Source: Trichinella spiralis (lineage: Eukaryota). From it: a DNA stretch of 64,000 bases. The stretch covers positions 5,759,806 through 5,823,805 of the forward strand of contig NW_003526943.1 in assembly GCF_000181795.1 (NCBI RefSeq), in the 5' to 3' direction. Every line of letters begins with the position of its first letter. Position 1 is the stretch's first letter. The position numbers were made by a program, and so were the translations under genes. Below, in pieces: positions 19,826-30,822 of the stretch. Below the pieces are notes generated by a model. That model saw only the letters and a program-made list of their open reading frames with translations. It did no database searches and was not told where the DNA came from.

Positions 19826-20110
19826 GCGTCCTTAGGCAAACCGTGATGAACCTGCCAATCAACCGTGACTTCAACTAACTCGACGCGTTTCAACGCGTTC
19901 TTCTAAGCTGCAGCGAATTTCGTGATTCGCATTAGGAAAAGCTTCCCAGAGCAGTGGCTAAGAGAACACTATTATATTAATCGGGGGTGGGGTGGAATTA
20001 GGAAAACTGTTCTTTGGAAGTACACATTGCGTAAATAGGAACAAGAAGACGTTCGAGTTAGTTGAATTCACGGTTGATTGACATTTTCGCCGCGGTTTGC
20101 CTAAGGACGC
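19826..20110. repeat. 58-bp imperfect inverted repeat pair with ~170 bp spacer (MITE-like)
   Basis: 19826-19883 GCGTCCTTAGGCAAACCG...TTCAACTAACTCGA matches the reverse complement of 20053-20110 with 7 mismatches by hand alignment; GC-rich compared with the flanks. Confidence 0.8.
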
Positions 20111-21259
20111 GGCATGTATGGACAGCAGTCTTTTAGTTTGCGATTCATTTTGTAATAATTTCAATTATATATTTGAATATCAATCAAATACGACAATTTT
20201 TGCACCCAAGAATTCTACAGGGATAAACAAATAGAAATCAAGTTTGAATAGTCTTGGGACAAATGTGTAGTTTTTGAGCTAGTTGTATTGTTGGAATTCT
20301 TGTGAACTATTGATGAGCTTCAGACAGTTTGTCCTTATATTTGCTGAAATGCAGTGTTTGGAGGTGTTATGAATATGACGATGATGAAACTATTCATACA
20401 AGATAAATCCGCTTTGTTGCCTCAATCATCGTTATTTATTCATTATCACTTTGGAATAGTCATCATTTATCCGTATTTTATTGACTTTGTAAATTTGTAA
20501 AGCGAAGAAGTGACATGTACATTGATGTAAAAAAGTAAATGTAAAGGTATAAATTGTAACTAAACAAAGCTAATAAACTTTTTTATTTAATTTAAGGTTA
20601 TTCTCCAAAACTCTCAAAGAAGACTGGTTAGGTGGTCAAAACGGATGAAGGCTTTCTCCATTTACAAGATCTCGCAAAACATGATTCATCTTCCAAGTAC
20701 AAGCTGGAGAATTATTTGCTGGAATCAGTGGAAAGTCATCTGGAAGATATTGGTGACTTGATTTGGTTGCTTGTCCTGATTGATCTTGACTTGGGTTCTG
20801 AACTGCCAGATTCGACTGTATCAAGCGTTTTTGGAAGCTCAATACGTAGACAACTTATAATGCAGTACTGCAAGCATTTGTTTTTGACAGAGAAAACGAA
20901 GCTTCAAAAAAACGAATTCCACAGAAATAATTTCATCTTGTGTGGAGGATGAATGGCTGAGGATGCGGAGGACCAGGACTGTGATACCTTCCTCACCATG
21001 CTTTATAAAAGAAAAATACGCTTAAGCGCCGCGTATGGGAAGAAATGGAACTTTGTTATTACAAATATACAGCGAAGAATCTAGCAGTGCATCAACCGAA
21101 TTGGAAAATACTTGTCAGTTCAGTGATGCAGAATATAAACAGTGGAAAAGTTTTTAAGAGCTGCAGTGTATGATGATGTTCCGGAGGCGGTGAACTTCTG
21201 AGTGCCGCGTTTGCTGCTCCTTTACTTTGTGCAGCTTATTCTTGTTTGTATTATAGTAT

Positions 21260-21880
21260 ATTTAATATAAATTTGAATTTGAAACTGCAAGGGGCAAATG
21301 CAAATGTTATGGTTCATTATGATATTGTTCAAAGCTTCATTGCAAAAAATTTCTTTATGGTTAAAACAAGTTGAAACAGGAAATTTAACATGGTTTTCAA
21401 GACTCAACGAGCTGTTCAGTGGTAAATGTCTCAGCGAAGATTTGAAAAGAAAAATTATAGCACACTTTCCAAGCCTAGAAGATGAGTTTCTTCGCTATTT
21501 TCCTGACGTGGAACCTCAAAACCCGATCAGTAAACTTGTGAGAAATCCATTTTTAGTCAATATCGAAAATCTTCCACACGATCTTCAAGAAGAAGCAATT
21601 GAATAACAATTCAACAGCCTAGGTTCAAAAAAACCTTGACAAACACAAACGCAGAACCAAAAAGTGTGCCATTAGAAAGCTTCTGGGCTGAATATTCAAG
21701 CTGAATATAACTTCACAAAGCTTACGTATATTGGGTCCCTTCCCCTCAACGTACCTTTGTGGAAGCCATTTTAAGCGCTTATGATATTTAATGCGCAGCA
21801 TCGCAACAGGTTAAACGTTGAAAGCGACTTACGATGTACCTTATCGCCCAATGCCCCAAGTATACACAACATCGTGTACG
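21260..21880 (+). pseudogene. Decayed hAT (Buster/ZBED5-like) transposase, C-terminal half
   Basis: Across frameshifts and stops: NLNLKLQGANAN..., KISLWLKQVETGNLTWF, IIAHFPSLEDEFLRYFPD, LVRNPF, LQEEAIE, PFPSTYLC, HRNRLNVESDLRCTLS (hAT dimerisation region). Possible Charlie-like 3' end AAGTTTAGAACACTG at 22065-22079. Confidence 0.85.
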
Positions 21881-22305
21881 CTGAAAATGCTTTGAATTTG
21901 AATTGATTAGTCCATTGTTGTTTACAGAACCTACAGTCTGTTTGCCGCTATATTAGAATTATTATTTTGGTTGTCGTAATTATTTTATATTTATGCACCA
22001 GAATCCCCTATACTGTGCAAAACAAGTAAATTTATACTAAAAAATATTCGTTTCTCGTTTCATTAAGTTTAGAACACTGGAATGCGTGATGAACGAAGTT
22101 AATCAATAAACAATCTAATTATCGTGATACCAGCATGATAATAAAATGCAGTCCACTAATGAAATTAAAATCCATCCATCGCAGCGAAGGTGTCAGAGTT
22201 AATTTGACACTGCATTCAGTTCGGGGCTTCTGAAACGCACTGTTGTAATCTGTTGCTTTGAACAAAAAATTCGGTTGATAATAAAAATTAGAAGTGAAAA
22301 ATATA

Positions 22306-22445
22306 TGTTACGCTTAATGTTGAGAATTGCCTATTATTGATAATAGGCAAGCGTTTTGCCTATTATTGATAGTAGGCAATAAGCATTTGTCTAATATTGA
22401 AAAAAACAGCTTACGAGTCATGCTGTATGTTGAAATGCTTTTATT
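22306..22445. repeat. Left terminal inverted repeat of the Ginger2 element, with two internal palindromic units
   Basis: TGTTACGCTTAATGTTGAGAATTGCCTATTATTGA...GCTTACGAGTCATGCTGTATGTTGAAATGCTTTTATT matches the reverse complement of 25013-25122. Confidence 0.92.
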
Positions 22446-22491
22446 AATGATATTTGTATTTATTATCAGAAACAAATGTATCGCACGAGGT

Positions 22492-24057
22492 TTATATATT
22501 ATTGCATGACTTCCCGGGGTGACAACGAGAATTGCATAGTACTCTTTTTCTGCTGCAACTGCATCGACCAGATGAGCAGCCGGATAGGCACATGCACTTA
22601 GCATATCCTTGGCCGCCCGTAGCTTTAGTTACTGCAGTTCTAAGAGGAATTTTGGTGTCAGGTGCTTCATCAATTGATAGTAAATTTTCCGATATCACTT
22701 GTAAATCTGCAGCTGTAAACTTGGATGCCAATTTTCCTTCTCTGCAACCAACAGTGTACATTCCTTCACATTCCGCCATGACAAGTACTAAGAAGGTTTT
22801 GGGATCCGCGGGTCCACGATCCACGTCTGGCACTCTCAGTGTACAATTCTGACCGATTTGGAGCGGTATTAACACTTTCTTAGATCGTCGTGTCATTTTT
22901 GCTGCTGCTCTAGTCTGCCCTGAAGCTGCTTCTTTTCGTGCTTTGCTAAAAGTCTCAGGAAAATGTTTCATAATATTGCTTTCATTTTCTTCATAGTTTT
23001 TTCCAGCTCTGTTCAAACTATCTTCATCATTGGCTTCATGAGATGTCAAAAATTCTTCAATTTCTTCTTCTGTTTTCGCTGCAGCAACTAGTGACTTTGG
23101 CAGGACGTAAGACTCCAGTCCAATTCGTGACTCCTCTCCAAATGTCACTTTGAATGGACTTTGTCCTGTTGTTTCATGAATGCTAACATTTATTTGCCAT
23201 TGAACAAATTTCAGTCCCAATGACCATCTGTTGCATTCATTTTCTCGCATCCATATTGCCAGTTTGTCTTGCACAACGCCGTTTAGGCGCTCAACCGTAC
23301 CTTGGCTCTGAGGATGCCTGGGTCTACCCGTGACAAGCTTCAACTCTGGCAAACATGTTTTGAGTTCCGCAATTATGGAATTTAAAAATTCCCCACCGTT
23401 GTCGGATTGCAGAATGCTGGGAGCGCAGGACGTTAAAAAGATTTCGAGCAGCTTCGATGCCACTTCTTCCGTCCGTTTTGACTTTAGCGGACTTAAAATG
23501 CAGAACTTCGTAAAGTGATTCAAATAAGTCATGATATATTTAAAATCACCATCAGGCATGGTTTGAAAATTTATCAAGTCCACGTGGGCTCGTGACATCA
23601 AATTTGTACTAACCAGTGGTTTAACAACTAGGCTTTTTGGAAACATTCTGGCCCTCTTCTTATGGCATTCTTCACAAAACGTGAGAAACAAATGGCAAGC
23701 TTCTTGTGTGACGTTCGCCCATTTATTCTGTGCTTCTCGAAAGTCTTTTTTTCTCCACCATGACCAATCTTTTGATGAGCATCATTGATAATATCAAACA
23801 TTTCTTCAATAGAGGCGATGCATCTTATTGCCTCATTCTTGCCCAAGCGGGATTAGTTTATTTTCTTCGCCGATTTTTAAAACTCCATACCGATTTTTTA
23901 AATTATAATCACAAGCAGATTTTAAACCATCTGACTGGATTCGCAAAATGTCAGTAATCATTTGATCTTGCTGTGAAATCAAAAAAATCGTTCCATTCTG
24001 TCCTTTTTCTCTGATCAGAGCACGGAGCTTTTCTTCAAACACAGCCTTTCTATCCAT
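22492..24057 (-). pseudogene. Ginger2 transposase (HHCC zinc finger, rve DDE core, Cys-rich C-terminus) disrupted by two 1-bp indels
   Basis: Three overlapping ORFs (23833-24057, 23628-23846, 22492-23691) join into one protein with DAHQKIGHGG...CEEC, HVDLINF, LQSDNGGEF, PQSQGTVERLNG and CMCLSGCSSGRCSC...CNSRCH. Confidence 0.88.
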
Positions 24058-24449
24058 CAGAAGAACATTAACAAATGAGGAAGTGGTTGAATGTTACTTC
24101 CTGATTATACGTAAAATCATGCTCCAACGATTTGTAGCTGAACTTGTTGCTACTAGATTTGATGTAGACTTCTGGGTTTGATGTCAGATAAGTGGATAAT
24201 ATGTCTGCAAAATTTGGAATGTGGTGCCAACACTTTTAATTTATCCACAAATGGCGCCAATACTTACGCTAAAGACTGCGATGTCGAATGCCCATTGAAA
24301 TAAAAAAATTTTAATTGTGTCCTTCGACTTGGCGCCGTTCAACTTTTTATGCTGGCATCATCAAATGGTTTATATGGAATTTTATCAAAAGCGTCTATTT
24401 CTATTTCTATTTGTAACGACTGAAGAAAACTGTTCTAAGAAGTGTCAAC

Positions 24450-24750
24450 TAACAGTGATAGCTGCTTGGCGATTTTCTTGTGAACATTATAATGCTGACA
24501 GATCAGCGATGACGCATTTGGCATTTAGAAGGGATATTGCAGCTCATCTCCTGTGAGCAAGACCGCTACAGATCTTAAGGCCTAAACGTAATGATATTTG
24601 CCAAGCAGTTTGCGAAGCTCACGTGGACATTTCCTGCAGTCAAGTACGCAGGGTCGTTGCACAGTTCACGAAAAAACTGCAGAAATCATTGTGTTCAGTG
24701 TGGCAAACGGCTTCACCAGATAGGTTTCCCAATATATCATCAGCAGCTCA
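24450..24750 (+). pseudogene. Decayed piggyBac (PGBD-like) transposase C-terminal fragment inside the Ginger2 element
   Basis: VIAAWRF...MTHLAFRRDIAAHLL*, then across frameshifts RGHFLQSSTQGRCTV..KNCRNHCVQCGKRLHQIGFPIYHQQ, resembling the piggyBac HLxFRRxIA helix and C-terminal Cys-rich domain. Confidence 0.75.
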
Positions 24751-25012
24751 ATATCATGATAGTATTGTGTAACGGTTGCTGCCAATATGTTTACTGTTCA
24801 ACAGTGATGAATTGTGGAAATAAACACCGTATACTGCTTTCATGAAGACACTGCAGTGTACAATATTCCCAAATTGGTACACGATAAAAAACAACTTTCA
24901 AATTATTTTTTCATAATGATTTTTCATTTATATCTTAACTAACTCTCAAGGACTGTATCTGCAAAATTAAGTATTCACTTCAACTGGATAACAATTCAGT
25001 CACTAAATGGTG

Positions 25013-25122
25013 AATAAAAGCATTTCAACATACAGCGTGACTCGTAAGCCATTTTTTCAATATTAGGCAAATGCTTATTGCCTTCTATCAATAATAGGCA
25101 ATTTTCAACATTAAGCGTAACA
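25013..25122. repeat. Right terminal inverted repeat of the Ginger2 element
   Basis: AATAAAAGCATTTCAACATACAGCGTGACTCGTAAGC...TTTTCAACATTAAGCGTAACA. Confidence 0.92.
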
Positions 25123-25315
25123 TATATATTAAAAGAGTCTGTTGCAATATATTATTTTTATTTTGTTAAAATCAGACAATTTCCAAGCCAATACCAACCA
25201 ATTTTCAATAATAAATCAATCAACTGAATGAATGATTAAGAAAACAAAACATACAATAACCTTGTCATTATTAATTCATTAATTAATTGTTTCACAATTC
25301 GATCGGATCATCCAT

Positions 25316-26839
25316 TCAATAACCATTCGGATCTCTGTAGTGGCGTTGAAGTTTATTGCTACCAAGAGCAACTTTTAGCTGATGTTTCGTTTGATGACGT
25401 TGAATGAATTTTTGATCTTTTCTCCGGATTGTCGCCACTTCTTTAGTTGTCGAACGCCAACCTAAACCTTTGTACTTTTTCACCACTCTGTCGATTTCAT
25501 TTAAATTCGAATGTCGTCCGTTTTCAGGAGGAAGAAGCCGAAGATTCTGCTTGAAATATCGAAATAAACTTCGATGACCAATCACAGCACCTGCATGAAA
25601 CAAAATAATGATTCAAAAAATGAAGATATTAATTTCAAAAATAATATGCAAAACAAATTAACACTGCTTGTAAAATAACTTTCTATTTTTCGCTTTCAAC
25701 AAACAGACCACCACAATTTTTCAAAATCTGCAAAATACACATACCAGATGGCAATGTAAGATGATACGGATCGCCAGATTCCAAAAGGGATAAATCATAA
25801 CCATCGTCACTTTCGTCATCACTGCTCATCTCATACTCGTAATTGTAAAAATCGCTGTACTCCAACATGGCATCGTTGTCGTGGTACAATTTACAGTGAC
25901 ACTTGTCGCGCATGTGAGTTTGAACCGATACAGCAGAGTGGAATGCTTTCCCTCTGTCTCTACACCACAAGCACTCAAAAGAAGAATAAACTTTTGTATC
26001 TGAAAAAATTTTTGAAAAAAAAATAACAGACAATTCATATTTCATAAACGCTGCCAAGCTGAAATAATTAATTAATTCACTTACTCAAATGAGAGATAAG
26101 ACCTTGCAAATTGCAACAGTAATCAACTTCTGGAATGAAAAATCCATGCCGAAGTGACATGTGCTCCAAGTTGTGTTCCAAATCGGCCGCTTTGTGCGTG
26201 CAAAATAAGCACTGCTGAAGAACTTCTGGGGAATATTTTTCTAAAAATCACGAGAACGTGGGTGGTGTTTCATTTTTGAAAATTTTAAAACAAGCAATAC
26301 ATGTAGTAAGTATTACATATTTCATTTTTTCTCAGCAACATTTCAACATACCTGACTTTTTGGATGGCTCTTCTTCAACTTCACTTTGAACAAGATTACT
26401 GCCTTGAAATGCGATGTCGTTCTCATCGATTTCTCCATCCAGGCCATTCTCCTCCAGGAACTGCTTGTAATGAATTACATTTTCCTGGTGAAGTTTGGAT
26501 CGAATATGGGCTTGATAACTTTCGAGCGATCGAAAATTCTTGTTGCACACCTTGCAGAATTCTACTTTGGAAGTGTTGTCCGAAGTCTGCAAAAAAATGC
26601 AAATGCAGATGAATAAATTGATTAATTAAATTCAAAAACAGCCTTGTGATCCCACTGACCTCCGCCTTGTGCTCAACTACTTTGGCTTCAAATTCTTCCA
26701 ACTTCACCGGTGCCAAATCTGCAATTTCTCGTTTCAAATTGTAAACATGCCACTCGGAATGAAAATGCTGTCTCTGCAAAGTACGATTTTCAAAAACTAC
26801 ACGACATGTGTTACAAGATGCACCAGTTGTTAACGACAT
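25316..26839 (-). CDS. ZNF622: Zinc finger protein 622 / Rei1-Reh1 60S maturation factor, multi-exon
   Basis: SCNTCRVVF...QRQHFHSEWHVYNLKR, CKVCNKNF..YQAHIRSKLH, CLFC..HMSLRHGFFIP, CLWC...VQTHMRDKCHCK, LTLPSGAVIGHRSL.RYFKQ. Confidence 0.93.
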
Positions 26840-27072
26840 TATTGTTGCTTATGCACTGAAAATCCAATAAACAATTATCATCATCATCAACAATTTCAAA
26901 TATTATTACAATATAGCAAATTTCTCTCTGCTAATAATAACGGATAGTACCGCCAGTTTTGAAATTTCACAAATAAAAATTCAATAGAAAAAAAATTTAT
27001 TCCTAAAATCTGAAAAGCAAAATACACCAACACCAACAACATACGAACGAACACACACACAGATCACCACAA

Positions 27073-29308
27073 TTAATTCACTACGGTGGGTGACTTTTTC
27101 GGCTGTTCAAGCAACACATCCTCTTTGTCCAATATTTCCATTTTCACCGCCAACTGTTGCACACGCTCCTTCCACGTTGGTCCTCCTGGACGAGCAGGCC
27201 TCAAAAATGAATGCAAGAAGCGGTTCTCGTCGGCAGCACGTCGCGCCTCCACTTGAAGCACCCGTTCGGTCTCTTGGCTCCATTCTCCGGACGGCGAACC
27301 GGCTAGCAGATGCTTCAACTTCCCATCCGACAATCGATTCACCTCCTCAATCACGTCGTCCGGCAAACAGGGTACATCTTTTCTTATTTGACTGACAAAA
27401 ATAGGCATCTCATCGTCGGCAAGGCTCGCCTGCTCCGGGATGTTGCCAGCCAAGTAATACAGTTCGTCGAGGTTGTCTTTCAAAAAGGCATTCCCTTTGG
27501 CGTCTTGGTAGACATTTTCGTGCGACAACAATTTCAAATCTTTCCCAAAATTCGCCAAAGCCAGTTCGTAATCCAAGCCGACCACCTGAAGTTGTGGAAG
27601 CGTATCTTCGAGCCGGACTGCCACTACCCCGATGTTTTTCACCTGATCCAAACCTTCCAGACGCAAATACTTCAACTTCCTGATCATGCAAAAAAAGAAA
27701 CATGGACCGTCAGAAATGTTTTCCAACACAACATAAACACTGTGCTGCTCACTTCAAGCAACTCAAAGCGCTCAAACCATCAGCTGTCAACTTGGAACAA
27801 TAGCTCAAATCCAAAAATTCCAGTGTATTCTCAAACTGTTTCATCTGAGACATGCACCAGTCGTTCACATATTCACAGTTTTTTAAACTTAAAAATCGAA
27901 TTTTTTCCAAATTCACTACATATTTTCAATAATTACAATCACATAATACATACTGTTATTATTATTCAATTATTAACTTACCCAAATTACTCAACCCTTC
28001 AAACATCAAAGCCGTATTAGAAGCATCAATTCCTTCTATATATAAATCTAATAATACAAAATTTCAAACATTATTGATTGCAAAAATACAAATAATACAA
28101 AAAAACTCACCTGGTAACTTTTTACCGGGAAGAATATATTCACCTCTGCTGTTTACCCGATGCCAGCGGCTATCGCTAAAAAATTTCACAGCTCCACCTC
28201 GATGAACAATAAAATGCGCAGCAGCCAAATCAGGACCCAACAACAAGTGCCTTTCGGGCAAAAATCTAAAATACTTTAAATTAATATACTATGTAAATGG
28301 AAAAAAATTAAGTTGCGGATTGCATTGAGGAAAATATAAATTTTGTATAAATCAAAGTATTTACCTCTGATCGTATTGAAGATTGATCAAGTTCTCATAA
28401 CGATAAAATTGTCGAATAGTGGAGGGAGATAAATCCAAATAACGATATTTGGAAAATTTGTTTGCAGTTTCATATGAAATTCCGCCTTTTTCAGCTATTG
28501 TCAAATTACCTGGGTCCTTGCCTGGAGGAGCTAAAAAATTAATAAATTGCGTTGACAACTAACTGTATTTACTACTTTAACTAATTTGCACAAACAGAAT
28601 CAATTTAAGAGCAAAATTTACACAACAAAAAATTTTTTTAATAATTTTATCAAATTCATCAACAATATATGCATTAAGTATTTGCTTCGAGTGATTTCAA
28701 CACAGATAAATGATAATCGAGTAAAACAAACTCAAACATCAACAACAGAAAACACTAGATCGGGTACTCTTCACAAACAATTAAGAATAATACATTTTAA
28801 ACAATTAAATGAAAATACTCAAAAAACAATATAACAAATACACATAATTCACAATAAGAAATAACTTAAAATGTAATAAAATAGACAAATAAAATGCTAG
28901 TTAATTATGAAAATCCTCCATCAACAAATGACGCATTCTCACACTGAATACATAGTAAACAATGGCATTACATTAAAAAAAACAAAATTTTCAAATTATA
29001 CAATCTGAACATATTTCAAAGAAATATTTAAATATGATTAAATTTAAAGCAATTCAAGTTTAATAATAAAAATAGTTAAATATAACTTAAAATTAATAAG
29101 TACCAAACTTTTCAACTTCTGGCGTTAAAAATAATGGACCAATATAGGCACGCTGACTTCTTTTCGTTTGTTCAGCCTCTACTAAAGCCTTCTCAGCTTC
29201 TTGCCATCTTCTGAAGATTCTCCAGAAATACAATGATCGCTGATTTTGCTGATATGCAAAACACTGATGTTTCAAAATCACATTTTCAAAATCAAAGAAA
29301 CGCATCAT
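27073..29308 (-). CDS. DMAC2: DMAC2 (ATP5SL)-like mitochondrial LRR protein, multi-exon; start uncertain
   Basis: QYDQR|FLPERHLLLGPDLAAAHFIVHRGGAVKF, IEGIDASN..FDVxxLSNL, LKNCEYVNDWCM, LEFLDLSYCSKLTADGLSALSCLKKLKYLRLEGL; long C-terminal extension. Confidence 0.8.
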
Positions 29309-30822
29309 ATTTCTCAATTTAACAGTGCTTTTTTGGAGAAAATAATTCTATAAACATTATAATAAATAAAACTTGCAATAAATATCTTTAATGCAAAATG
29401 CATTCTTATTAAACATCAGAAGAGTTGAAAATATGAAGAAAAAATTATTTAAAACTCTTAGTTTGAAATGTTCCAGAAAAATATGATGCAAAGAGAGGAA
29501 TTTAAAAATTTACTAAATACTAAATTTGATAGCAGAACAAATGCTCTGCTGATTTTCACCTTAAAAAGAGACTTCACCAATATGCATTACAGCGCAATGA
29601 GCTTGGGTTTTGCTTATCATTGAACAGTTGCAATGTAGCAAACATGTTTTATAAAAAAGATTTTATATAATATAAGAACCAGTGCTGGATTAACTTTACT
29701 AAATTCATTTACCATTTTACTAAATATTTATCAAACTAGTCATAAGTCAATGCATACTGTATATAAAAGAATGCAGGAATAATTGATAAAGTGGATACAG
29801 TTCTTATTAAGTTATTTCTGGTAAATAGCAATGAAGTAAAATAAACGTAATATTTTAACGTATATTATGTAAGTAATTTAATAATGTCAACGAAAGTATT
29901 CATTAAAGACAGTTTAAAAATAACAATAGAGCAGAATATATGCAAAATGTTTATTGCATTTGTCGCATCACTGAATTAACTTCTTGTTTTCAATCCTGTA
30001 TTTTACAGTCCAATGACTGTAATGGATCAACTTAGAAATATCTGTTGTTCAAAACAGCCGTATTTGAAAACTAGCTAATGAGCACATATGCTTGATCAGC
30101 TTGCGGCACATGAAATCAAAAATGTATTAGAGACGATAAAATTTATCGTGCAGTCAGATCTTACTGTGCAATGAATTTATGTTAGTTTTATTTTACATTA
30201 ACAGCGTATTAGTTTATAAAATTTATCAAATGATAAAAAAATGTCTTGTTAAATTTCCATTGCTTTGCTATGATCAATAAAAATTTCCACCGATTCTATT
30301 TTCTTATTGAATTAAAAACATTAAACAACATTATGATTTAACCTGGGGATAACGTTGAAAATAATGAAAGTTACGCGATGACAAATGAAAATGATGTTTG
30401 CACGCAACGCTTTAATTTCTTATTGACAATATGTCAAAATTTTCTGCATGCATTGACTAAAAAAGTGATCAGTTAATTGCAATATTTTATACTGTCGTCT
30501 CATATGTTGGCATGGAAAAGATAAGCTTTCATTATTAAGCTAATTAAAGTCACTGAATGTTAGACAGTTACTGGAATCTTTCTTTGCATAACATATGAAA
30601 TAAGTATAATATTGATAAAGGAAGTTCACAAAGAACTTTTTTTAACATGATTACTAGTATACAATTTTGAATTTTTCAAAATTTTTTATTCAAATGTACA
30701 TAATGAAATAAGAAATAAAAATTTATAACAAGTTCAGGTAATGAGAGGTAAAATACATCTATTAGTTACATCAACTTTGCAAACATGCTGCAGCGAAAAT
30801 GAAAAAAGTCATAAATTCAACA

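Larger units (their letters stand above)
22306..25122 (-). mobile_element. Ginger2/TDD-type DNA transposon (KRBA2/SCAND3-like integrase), full length, 2817 bp
   Basis: TGT...ACA termini; TIRs at 22306-22445 and 25013-25122; 4-bp TATA target-site duplication (22302-22305 and 25123-25126); internal integrase-type transposase. Confidence 0.9.

Noticed and set aside
20632..20952. 106-aa ORF upstream of the hAT relic
   Set aside because: No motif recognised; GTG start; probably TE debris. Cannot be supported without a search.
22327..22400. Repeated palindromes resembling a CRISPR array
   Set aside because: Only 2-3 units with ~5-nt separators, inside a transposon TIR in a eukaryote; no spacers or cas genes.
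27310..28020. 236-aa plus-strand ORF
   Set aside because: Shadow frame antisense to DMAC2-like exons; no recognisable domain.
30003..30022. Perfect 8-bp hairpin TTACAGTC-caat-GACTGTAA
   Set aside because: Isolated and short; plausible by chance in 64 kb of AT-rich DNA.
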